Below are positions 54,296 to 62,669 of a stretch of DNA of 64,000 nucleotides, in pieces. A model generated the notes under the pieces. The model made no database searches, was not told the origin of the DNA, and saw only the letters and a program-made list of their open reading frames with translations. The translations under genes were made by a program, and so were the position numbers. Every line of letters begins with the position of its first letter. The stretch's first letter is position 1. The DNA is from Thainema sp. (GTDB lineage Bacteria; Cyanobacteriota; Cyanobacteriia; Phormidesmidales; Phormidesmidaceae): contig JBQLZK010000022.1 in NCBI GenBank assembly GCA_052168235.1, positions 30,804-94,803 on the forward strand, in the 5' to 3' direction.

Positions 54296-55153
54296 ATGCA
54301 GATTCAGTTGCGCTGGGTTGATCCAAAGACGGGTCTGGAACGCAATCCCACGCTAGAACCGCCCGTTGCATTTGGTCGCACCTTTGGCGTCATGCCAAGC
54401 GATCTGGATGGTCAATCCGTTAGCCGCATGGTGCTGGATGATGCGCAGGTGGAGGATTACCATGCGGTTCTAGATCTGGTAGATGGCAAGTTGAGAATTA
54501 GCGATCGCGGTAGTCGGATACCCACTAAAGTCAACGGCGTGGCGCTGCCGTATCAGACCGTCAATGATGGCGATCGCATTCAAATTGGCTCGTTTGAAAT
54601 CACTGTTGCCGTGCTTGATGCATCGGTTCAGTCACCATCACCGGATTTCTCATCACCGCCACCGTCACCACCACCATCAACTGCTGCTACGTCTAGTTTT
54701 GCTAGTCAGCCAACTCGATCTCCCAGCGGTTCATCCTCGTCATCGAATCTATCCGGATCATCGGCCTCAAGCACCAATCCGCTCTATGCCGGATTTGCGG
54801 GTATGGGGTCAACAGGTTCAAATTCAGTAGAACAGTTTGGGCCAGATGGGACATGCGATCGCAAAGTTGGTTTTCTCTTCAAGCGGCGCTGTGGACGAAC
54901 AACGACGGAAGGGTGCCAATACTGCCAGAACGGTCGCCAGCCCGCAGGCTACGATCCCTATACAGATGACTATGGCCTATTTCCTGGCTATGGCTATTAC
55001 GGTCGCAATCACTGGGGCTATCACTATTACAGCAACCGCGATCGCTACTACTATGACCCCGCCAGCCGTCGTGTAGACTTTACGGAAGCAGATGGCCAAA
55101 GCTTTGAGGAAGAGGCGGATCAGGGATATGAGATGGATCTAGACGCGAGTTAA
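54296..55153 (+). CDS. FHA-like domain protein with Ser/Pro linker and C-terminal Cys4/Tyr-rich/acidic domain
   Basis: FGR...YHA...VNG...GDRIQIG, then CDRKVGFLFKRRCGRTTTEGCQYC and a DFTEAD tail. Confidence 0.85.
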   Translation: MQIQLRWVDPKTGLERNPTLEPPVAFGRTFGVMPSDLDGQSVSRMVLDDAQVEDYHAVLDLVDGKLRISDRGSRIPTKVNGVALPYQTVNDGDRIQIGSFEITVAVLDASVQSPSPDFSSPPPSPPPSTAATSSFASQPTRSPSGSSSSSNLSGSSASSTNPLYAGFAGMGSTGSNSVEQFGPDGTCDRKVGFLFKRRCGRTTTEGCQYCQNGRQPAGYDPYTDDYGLFPGYGYYGRNHWGYHYYSNRDRYYYDPASRRVDFTEADGQSFEEEADQGYEMDLDAS

Positions 55154-55181
55154 GGAAGAGATGAGGCGTGAGGCGTAGAAA

Positions 55182-56195
55182 TTGGAACGGTGGTTGATTT
55201 ATGCGTTGGGGAGTGGATGGGGGCATCTGAATCGTGCGATCGCACTTGCCAGATTTGCGCCTTGTCCAGTGGAGATTTTGGTCAACAGTCCCTATGCAAC
55301 GACCGTGCAAGCGGCACTCAACGGCTCTCACGTTCAACTGCACCCCCTGCCCCAAAATAGTTCTCCTCAATCTACCCGCGAGTACGTGCAGCAGTGGCTA
55401 ACTCAACGTTATACGCGATTGATTGTCGATACGTTTCCGCGTGGGTTGGTGGGGGATTTGGTTGATGTTCTACAGATGGTAGACGCGCCACGCTGCTGGA
55501 TTCACCGGGATTTGCAGCCGGATTATATTGAGGTTAAGGGAATCGCGAACTTTGTGCAGCAGCATTATCAGCTAGTGCTGATTCCGGGTGAAACGGTTGC
55601 GCCATTGCAGCATTTGGCTCACGCCTGTGTCACAGCACCGTGGTTGCTGCGCGATGGGGCTGAACTGCTGGCGGTGCGGGAGTCGCTACGAGAGCGGTTT
55701 AAGCTGGACGGATCACGCCCGTTGCTGATGGTATGTGCCACGGGGCAGCCGAATGAACTGCAACTTTTTGGCGATATCGCACGACAACTGGCACAGCAGT
55801 TCCCAGCTTGTCTAGTCCGTTGCCTAGCCCATGAATGCCCACCTAACTGTCCGGCTGAGCTGTGGATTGCTCACTGGCCGGGGATTGAGGTGCTGCAACT
55901 GGCCGATGTGGTAATTGGCGGAGCGGGCTATCACACCGTTTATGAATGTGCGGCATTGAACGTTCCCTTAGTGGCTCTACCGCTGCGGCGCACATATGAC
56001 CGTCAGGCAGAACGAGCTGTGGGGTTAAGCATTCCGGTCAAAAATCAGGCAGCGTGTATTGAAGCTGTGGGCTGGATTTTGAACCAAATATTGAGTGGAG
56101 GTGAGGGGGATCTGCGATCGCACCCTAGCTACACTCCACAATTAAACTACTCAAACGGCGTACATACGGCAGTTCAACGTATCAGCCAGCTCTAG
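55182..56195 (+). CDS. GT-B fold glycosyltransferase-like protein (MurG/GT28-like)
   Basis: YALGSGWGHLNR, VDTFP.G, ADVVIGGAGYHT.YE and DRQ..RA motifs. Confidence 0.8.
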   Translation: MERWLIYALGSGWGHLNRAIALARFAPCPVEILVNSPYATTVQAALNGSHVQLHPLPQNSSPQSTREYVQQWLTQRYTRLIVDTFPRGLVGDLVDVLQMVDAPRCWIHRDLQPDYIEVKGIANFVQQHYQLVLIPGETVAPLQHLAHACVTAPWLLRDGAELLAVRESLRERFKLDGSRPLLMVCATGQPNELQLFGDIARQLAQQFPACLVRCLAHECPPNCPAELWIAHWPGIEVLQLADVVIGGAGYHTVYECAALNVPLVALPLRRTYDRQAERAVGLSIPVKNQAACIEAVGWILNQILSGGEGDLRSHPSYTPQLNYSNGVHTAVQRISQL

Positions 56196-56217
56196 TACTG
56201 ATGATTTCCGTTGAAAT

Positions 56218-56258
56218 ACCAAGAGGGAAGAGCCACACACGGCTCTTCCCTCTTGGTG
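56218..56258. terminator. Inverted repeat between convergent genes
   Basis: ACCAAGAGGGAAGAGCC-ACACAC-GGCTCTTCCCTCTTGGT. Confidence 0.7.
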
Positions 56259-56288
56259 TAATCGCTTTAGCTATAAGTCCCGTACGGT

Positions 56289-56780
56289 CTAATCGGGTAG
56301 ATTGATTTCAGGTTCTTGCTCAGGCCCTACCCGTTGAATATCAAAGCTTTCAATATTGCTTTCAAAGCGATTGAAGATGACGCGCATTTCGTCATAGCCA
56401 ACGGCGGCAGAAACACCACGCTCGGTCGGGCACTGTACCCGCAGCATGGTCTGAAATCCGCCAAATTCAACGTTCTCATAGAAGGACTTTTCGCAGTCGT
56501 AGGCGATGAAACCTTCAATTGCCAACTGATTGAGAGCTGCGATCGCAAGTGGGCTGATCAAAATGTTGTCCCACTGGGCATCCACCTCCTCTCCGGTCAG
56601 ACGCCGCCACTGGGAGGAATTGGTTTCCGCTTGAGTCACTTCAGTGGATGGTTCGTTCGTTGATAAATCCGATGATTCAGCCGTCATTGGTGTTGTACAA
56701 GCGGCTATTGTACCGACAACCAGAGCCGTGCTGCCAAGTAGACGACCAACGCGGGAAGACAGGAAAGATTTGAACATCAT
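56289..56780 (-). CDS. Hypothetical lipoprotein
   Basis: Lipobox IAAC; GAGG upstream; two Cys in the mature domain. Confidence 0.8.
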   Translation of the reverse strand: MMFKSFLSSRVGRLLGSTALVVGTIAACTTPMTAESSDLSTNEPSTEVTQAETNSSQWRRLTGEEVDAQWDNILISPLAIAALNQLAIEGFIAYDCEKSFYENVEFGGFQTMLRVQCPTERGVSAAVGYDEMRVIFNRFESNIESFDIQRVGPEQEPEINLPD

Positions 56781-56883
56781 GATGGGGGTTAACCTCGAAT
56801 TTTGAATGGGGTTCTGAACAGATACTTCATTCAGGTATAGTCCGATTCACAACCGATCGTGACAGTTTCAAAAGCGGATGCCA

Positions 56884-57252
56884 TCAACCAAAGTTATAAA
56901 TATCAACCGTTAACGCCGTTAAAAACTCCAAGATCACCATCAACAGCGGAAACATCACGCCCAGCAGCCCCACGCTCCCAATGATATGACCAACCAGCAG
57001 CTCCATCTGTTTTGTCATCCCGCGACGGCGACGGTTGCTGATCGTCAAAAATCGAGAGCTGATGGAAACCAACAGCGCCCCACCAATGCCCAGCGGCAAG
57101 CTACTGGCAAACCAGATAAAACTGCGATCGCTAAATTCGATGACGTTTAGCAAAGGACAGACCACAAAGCCAAACATCTCCATGCCAGCCCACAAGCCCA
57201 GCGCATTCCAGAAATCTTTTCGGGTTAAATCATTGATAAATAGAGGATTCAC
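56884..57252 (-). CDS. Hypothetical membrane protein (3 TM)
   Basis: Hydrophobic segments in ORF 56884..57360. GTG at 57252 is a guessed start. Confidence 0.65.
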   Translation of the reverse strand: MNPLFINDLTRKDFWNALGLWAGMEMFGFVVCPLLNVIEFSDRSFIWFASSLPLGIGGALLVSISSRFLTISNRRRRGMTKQMELLVGHIIGSVGLLGVMFPLLMVILEFLTALTVDIYNFG

Positions 57253-57526
57253 GGCTCTAAATTTATGTTGTCTGATGTTATCGCAGCACAATATCAATGC
57301 AGCACGTTCTAATACAGCAAATGTGAAGGGGCTACTACTGCTACATCCTTCGCTAGCCAATTGGACAAATCAGGAGAGACAGAATGAACGTTTGATAAAG
57401 TCTGCTGAGAATTGCTCAAAGGATTGTTGATTTCTTAAGAATCAGGGGGAATCTGCGATCGCAACGCTAGCATCAAGTCAATCCGATTCACGTCCTGGTG
57501 AAGCTGTTATAGGAGAACGAGACTCG

Positions 57527-57622
57527 ATGGAACTCCATGAATTAGGTATGTTGATTTTGTTGCTCAGCCCTGGTCTGCTGCTGTCCGTTTTGGTGATGCT
57601 TGCCTTTTCCGTAGGCGGTTAG
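57527..57622 (+). CDS. 31-aa single-TM microprotein, Norf4-like
   Basis: AGGAGA RBS; MELHELGMLILLLSPGLLLSVLVMLAFSVGG. Length and the LLL-x-PGLLLS...F-x-x-GG pattern match my recollection of Synechocystis Norf4. Confidence 0.75.
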   Translation: MELHELGMLILLLSPGLLLSVLVMLAFSVGG

Positions 57623-57650
57623 ACTCTGTCATGACTCGTGGCAGTAGGAA

Positions 57651-57720
57651 TGAATTATTTTTTGTGAAAGGCTGTTTAGCAGCCTTTCACAAAAATAAAA
57701 TTAGGTTCTCATACACGGAC
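57651..57720. repeat. Palindromic dispersed repeat related to 14040..14130
   Basis: TTTTTGTGAAAGGCTG/CAGCCTTTCACAAAAA arms, then the tail AAAAATAAAATTAGGTTCTCATACACGGAC. Confidence 0.7.
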
Positions 57721-57773
57721 GTGATCTGCGATCGCACTGTACAGCTTGGGCCTCAGGAAGAGATCACCAATAG

Positions 57774-58040
57774 TCAAGCAACGTGTTCTTCCGGTGCAAC
57801 CGACAGTCTAAATCCAAGTTGCTTCAGTAGCTGAACTAAATTCAATAGATTTAAATCTGTAACTTGCGCTCGAATCCACTCAGCGTCTGGATTCTTAGAC
57901 ATCTGGGCTTCTGCGACATTACTTAAAGCCAAACGAACCTCTTCAGCAGTGCCGTCCTCCAATACCGCTTCTAAATAAGCAGCTGCTTCTTGAGGATCTC
58001 TTAGCGATTCAATGAGGTAGGTCTGATAGCTTCTGCTCAT
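57774..58040 (-). CDS. Addiction-module antidote (HI1420-like) with shortened HTH region
   Basis: L.DP.EAAAYL.A.LE.G...AL.NVAEA and LG..L motifs; 4-nt overlap with the toxin. Confidence 0.8.
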   Translation of the reverse strand: MSRSYQTYLIESLRDPQEAAAYLEAVLEDGTAEEVRLALSNVAEAQMSKNPDAEWIRAQVTDLNLLNLVQLLKQLGFRLSVAPEEHVA

Positions 58041-58378
58041 GATGTAATATTCCGCCGCTTGAAATCTTCCCAGAACTGTTGAGCCTTCTGGATGTCTTGT
58101 TTCTGAGTGTTTTTATCTCCACCACAAAGCAATAAGACAATCAGTGTTCCAGTTAGCGCAAAGTAAACTCGATAACCTGGCCCATAATCAATTCTAAGTT
58201 CTAAGACACCTTGGCCAACAGATTTGAAGTCTCCGAAGTTACCTAGCATTACACGATCTAACCGCTTTCGGATATTGGCTCGGGCCTTGCGATCTCGTAG
58301 GTTATCTAACCAAGTTACAAAAGGAGCTTCGCCTTCTCCGGTTTCATAAATTCTCAGCTCATGAGGTTGGGACTGCAT
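58037..58378 (-). CDS. Type II toxin, RelE/ParE superfamily (HI1419-like killer protein)
   Basis: GNFGD.K.VG.GV.ELRIDYGPGYRVY and LLLCGGDK.TQ..DI motifs. Confidence 0.92.
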   Translation of the reverse strand: MQSQPHELRIYETGEGEAPFVTWLDNLRDRKARANIRKRLDRVMLGNFGDFKSVGQGVLELRIDYGPGYRVYFALTGTLIVLLLCGGDKNTQKQDIQKAQQFWEDFKRRNITS

Positions 58379-58484
58379 TGTGAAATCTTGAGATCTAAGC
58401 CGTGTATCTTGATCATGAAAATACTACACAGATGACAACTGATCGCATGATTCTAGTTCACTATTGCTCCAGTAGGCTTATAAG

Positions 58485-59480
58485 TTATTGTGCCCTCCGT
58501 TCTGATGGTGGACTGGCGTATTCTCCGCGAGGCTCGTCAATGGCTTGAGCGGTGCCGACGAACGGAATGGTGGCTAGAGTAGCCATGCCGACTCGGTCGC
58601 CAAACGTATTGAGGGCATCGACTCGCTGCTGCTGTTCAGATGCGGGTAGCGTGTTGAGCAGTGTGCCAAAGGTTGGCGACGATTCGGTTGATGATGCTGC
58701 ACTTGATGATGTGCTGGCCGAAGCTGCAATACTCGATCCGTCTATAGGTCGCGCAGACTGTTGCAGGGTATCCGCCAGGATCAGCGACGGAATATCGTTC
58801 CAGAGTTCATGTTCAGAGGCAAAAGCGACGGCATCTGGAAGCGACCGAGCTGCGATCGCATCTTTTAGATCAGGCCGATTCACATAGGTGATCGTGCCGT
58901 CTGTCCAATCGAGGGCTGGAGAGGTGGTTGACGATGCAGGTGATTGTGCGATCGCAGTCACTGGATTGGACGGATTGCAGGTCACCATCATGCGCCAATG
59001 GTAGGTTTGGCCGGATTCGAGTTCGGGTGCGCTATTCGGTAGCTGGACGCGGAAGACGCCCGGTTGACTCGGCAGCGCCAGAGCCGTTTCGTAGACGATA
59101 TTGCCATCAGCATCCGCTAGGATAAAGCGTCCGGCTTCAATATGGCGGGGGTTATATGGATTGTGGAACCAGAAATCGGGACGGCTCGACAGAGTATATC
59201 CGGCAGTGCCAACTTCCCGTGGCATGAGTGATTGCAGGGATGCCTCTGTCGAGGCACAGGCTTGTGCATGTTCCTGACTAACGGGGAAGTTAACGTCAGG
59301 TTCAATGCGGAATTGGGTACCAGCTCGACCAGTCCGGCGTGGGCCAGACGGTTCGACATAAGGCCGTCCTAGATTTGTATCGGTGTTTATCTCGGTGGAC
59401 GGCTGTGCCTGTGCCAGCGGGCAAGAGATGCTTGTTGCTAGCACGAGGCCAACCATCACCTTGCCCAAAAGTTTCTTCAT
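58485..59480 (-). CDS. DUF928 domain secreted protein
   Basis: Signal peptide; T...P.FWF..P, LE.G..Y.W...V.C and LW.D motifs; adjacent to a CHASE2 gene. Confidence 0.8.
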   Translation of the reverse strand: MKKLLGKVMVGLVLATSISCPLAQAQPSTEINTDTNLGRPYVEPSGPRRTGRAGTQFRIEPDVNFPVSQEHAQACASTEASLQSLMPREVGTAGYTLSSRPDFWFHNPYNPRHIEAGRFILADADGNIVYETALALPSQPGVFRVQLPNSAPELESGQTYHWRMMVTCNPSNPVTAIAQSPASSTTSPALDWTDGTITYVNRPDLKDAIAARSLPDAVAFASEHELWNDIPSLILADTLQQSARPIDGSSIAASASTSSSAASSTESSPTFGTLLNTLPASEQQQRVDALNTFGDRVGMATLATIPFVGTAQAIDEPRGEYASPPSERRAQ

Positions 59481-59528
59481 TGAAGTTTCCTTGTTGAAGA
59501 TCGTAGACGTTGTGTGATGAATACTCGG

Positions 59529-61907
59529 CTAATGAGAGGTGTTGTGCTTGTTTAGTGCCACAAGCAGGGCTTTGCCAATTAACAACATGGTTATTCCCGT
59601 GATAGTTGGGACAATCGGTGTAACTGTCCCATAGATCCAAAGGCAACCCCACCCGATTCCGGACATCAACACAACTAATCCGCCGCCAATCAAAATTAAT
59701 TTGCTTTGCGATCGCACTTGCAACCCGCAAAACCCAGCCGCAGCGCTCCATCCGGCAATCCAGCCCAAATCAAACCAAAAACCGACAAATCTTAACAAAG
59801 GCCGCCCCTGTTCAACGGCGCTCACAAGCTGAGCCGTCATCATGGCGTGTAGCTGCAAGCCTCGCACGTTTTCGCCATAGGCCGTTTGAAAGTCATCTTT
59901 TACGGTCGGGTCAGTAACGCCAATTAAAATAATGCGATCGCGAATTTGCGCTTGAAAGTCCGTTGCACTAGCCGTTGCACTAGATTGACGATTCAGAACA
60001 TCGGTTAGGGTGACTCGCTCAACGGTCGGATTAAACTCATCTGTTAATGCCTCTGTTGACCAGGGATTCAGCAAAATCTGCTGACTGCTAATCCATTCAG
60101 AGCGAGGGTAAAAGCCTCGATAAGCAGCCAGTGACTGAAATTGAAGTGATGATTGATCCGGCTTCTCAATCCGCCAGGTAGATTGATTTTGCTCATCCGG
60201 CATTGCGATCTCATAGCCCTGCTGTTCCAGATATCGCAGCCCCAGCATGGCGCTCAAAGAGAGAAATGCACCACAAACCTCTGGTTGAGGAGGATAGTCA
60301 GCGATTAACTGCCGCCGCACCCTATCATCTCTATCTAGCGGCACATCGACAAAACCTACCTGCTCCGCTGGAATATTAGGCAAACTGGCAACCGCTTCCT
60401 CATCCACTACGCTGGGATGCGCGCAAATGGGCACAATATGGTCATTCTGCTGGAGATAACTCACGAGATCGGCTTGACCTTCACCACGCGGCTGATCGCG
60501 ATAAATATCAATCCCAATCAGGGCTGGCTTTGCTTCATTCAGGATTTGAAGAGCTTGCAGTAACGTGCGATCGCTAATCGGATATTCACCCTCTAACGCT
60601 TGAATGTCCTCGCGGGTAATCTCCACCAGCACAATCGGCGCATCCCCTTCGGCGCTTGGCAGCCGCTGCACGAACTGATCAAAGGCCGCTAGCTCCAGTG
60701 AGTAAAACCAGCCTGCCCCCCGCAGCACCATTAGCAAACCCGACACGGCACCCGCCGCAACCGGAATCAGCCAGTGAGTGCGATCGCGTAAAAATCTGGG
60801 CAGTAATCGCGGCAGTACCCTCGACAACTTCCGGCTATGCTCCGGCGGAGCCTGCGTCATCGTATCTGACCCATCTGAAGCGTCGGAGCCTGACATCGGC
60901 TTCGGCCAAAGTTGATCCGCTGGAGTAGGTACTGGTAAACCCGTCTCAGTCAGTGATTGAGACGAGGATGCAGGTGAGTTAGCTGGCTTCGATGCCGACG
61001 GATCAGGAACGAGATTAATCGCAGAATCGGGCAGCAGACTGGTGTTAGGATTAGCGCGAATTGTTGCGATCGCAGTTCGAATTTCCGCCGCCGTTTGAGG
61101 CCGCTGACCGGGGAAAATCGCCATCAGCCAGTCCACTAAATCCGCCAGTGCCAGTGAGATTTGAGGCGCATTCTGTCGCCACAGCAGCATCCCCGTTTGG
61201 TCATGATGGTGAAAATGGGTGGGAGACTGACCTGTGAGTAAGCAAACAAACGTGCGACCCAACGCAAAAAAGTCCGATTGGGGAACAGAGCGCCCCTCCA
61301 TCTGCTCCAGCGGCGCATAGCCCCACGATGCCAGCCGAGTGCCCGTATGGTCATTCTGTTGACGGGCCAAGTAGGTTTCGGTCACTTCTCGTACGCCGCC
61401 AAAGTCTACCAAAACCAGCTGACCATCCGGCTTCAGCATGATATTCGACGGCTTGATATCGCGATGAAAGTAATTCTGCTGATGCAGCTGGTACAGAATC
61501 AACACGAGCTGTTCAAGCCAGTCCAGCGCTTGATCTTGCGAAATCGGCGGATGGGTCTGCAACCACTGCTTCAGGTTCACGCCCGGAATATATTCCATTA
61601 CCAAACCGTGCAGGTGCAGTGTTTTGCTCGGTTTGCGCCGATCTGGAACAGTAAACGTAAAGTAGCCATCCGGCTCAACATGAGGAATCCCCGGATGATG
61701 CAGCCGACCTAGAACCCGAGCCTCCCGCTGAAACAAACTCACAGCCTTGGGATAGTCTTCCAGCAGCACCTTCAGGACTTTGCGGCTACCGTTATCGTCA
61801 ATCTCATAGGTTTGACTAAACCCACCTTCGCCCAACAGTTGCACCACCCAGTAGCGATCGCACAGCCGCATCCCTGGAGTTAGTCGCCCAGACTGCACCT
61901 CTCTCAT
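59529..61907 (-). CDS. Ser/Thr protein kinase fused to a C-terminal CHASE2 sensor domain
   Basis: GEGGF, HRDIKPSN, DFG and APLE motifs; TM; CHASE2 (IGIDIYRD, VGFVD...D.D..VRR, G...HA); 3 C-terminal TMs. Confidence 0.92.
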   Translation of the reverse strand: MREVQSGRLTPGMRLCDRYWVVQLLGEGGFSQTYEIDDNGSRKVLKVLLEDYPKAVSLFQREARVLGRLHHPGIPHVEPDGYFTFTVPDRRKPSKTLHLHGLVMEYIPGVNLKQWLQTHPPISQDQALDWLEQLVLILYQLHQQNYFHRDIKPSNIMLKPDGQLVLVDFGGVREVTETYLARQQNDHTGTRLASWGYAPLEQMEGRSVPQSDFFALGRTFVCLLTGQSPTHFHHHDQTGMLLWRQNAPQISLALADLVDWLMAIFPGQRPQTAAEIRTAIATIRANPNTSLLPDSAINLVPDPSASKPANSPASSSQSLTETGLPVPTPADQLWPKPMSGSDASDGSDTMTQAPPEHSRKLSRVLPRLLPRFLRDRTHWLIPVAAGAVSGLLMVLRGAGWFYSLELAAFDQFVQRLPSAEGDAPIVLVEITREDIQALEGEYPISDRTLLQALQILNEAKPALIGIDIYRDQPRGEGQADLVSYLQQNDHIVPICAHPSVVDEEAVASLPNIPAEQVGFVDVPLDRDDRVRRQLIADYPPQPEVCGAFLSLSAMLGLRYLEQQGYEIAMPDEQNQSTWRIEKPDQSSLQFQSLAAYRGFYPRSEWISSQQILLNPWSTEALTDEFNPTVERVTLTDVLNRQSSATASATDFQAQIRDRIILIGVTDPTVKDDFQTAYGENVRGLQLHAMMTAQLVSAVEQGRPLLRFVGFWFDLGWIAGWSAAAGFCGLQVRSQSKLILIGGGLVVLMSGIGWGCLWIYGTVTPIVPTITGITMLLIGKALLVALNKHNTSH

Positions 61908-62368
61908 CGGCTAATGGTTCTCCTCCCAATTTGCGATCTCATCCATGCTTCAGTCTATTCGGTTTAGACCTGTCGCTGAATGAGGGATATGGCTAGTCCG
62001 TGGGGAGTGATGCAGAGGGTAGAGAGCTGTGGAGACTGTAAAAGATTATAAAGGCTGTAAAGAATGTAGAGGCTTTATAGGGAACTAAAGAATCACGGCT
62101 ATGAATAGCCTGAAATTAGCTGGAGGTGCTTTACATGGAATTACAAACCATTTTGTTTTTTAGTATTTTTCAATCATTTTTAACGCAATAGGTAATTTCG
62201 TTTGCCATTCATTGTTAATGATCTCAAATTATATCAATCGCTTGTTATCTAAACTGGGCATCTAATATCGTCCACTTGGGTAGTTTTGATCGGTGCTGAC
62301 GATACTCATTTCGCTTTTAAGTAACTGCATATGCATAAATGCAGCTACTTATGTTTCACTTTCACTAC

Positions 62369-62474
62369 TAAGTAGCTGTATATAAATAAACGCATCTAAA
62401 AAACCCGGGGGAGCGCCCCGGAGAGGCGCTCCCCCGGTTTCTTAGATATGCATTTATTTATGCCAACCTACTTA
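62369..62474. mobile_element. TAAGTAG...CTACTTA-bounded palindromic small dispersed repeat
   Basis: Imperfect ~50-bp arms around the core CCGGGGGAGCGCC/GGCGCTCCCCCGG. A shorter TAAGTA...TACTTA unit lies at 62318..62351. Confidence 0.7.
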
Positions 62475-62669
62475 TACGGATCAGGCAGTGTAAAGCTGAA
62501 TCCGCTGATACAACCCGACTTTTCCGTTGATAAACCCGACTTCATGCTTGAGTGAACAATGCAAAATAGTAACGTTCATCCAAACTATTCTGGGATTTTC
62601 TAACCGGATTCTGTGGGGAGGATATGCCACAACTCAATTGGAGTTGTGGCTTTATTTGAGAGGTTATCT

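Noticed and set aside
500..61712. Numerous 60-155 aa ORFs overlapping or antisense to well-supported genes
   Set aside because: Shadow ORFs with no motifs, explained by the codon structure of the real genes.
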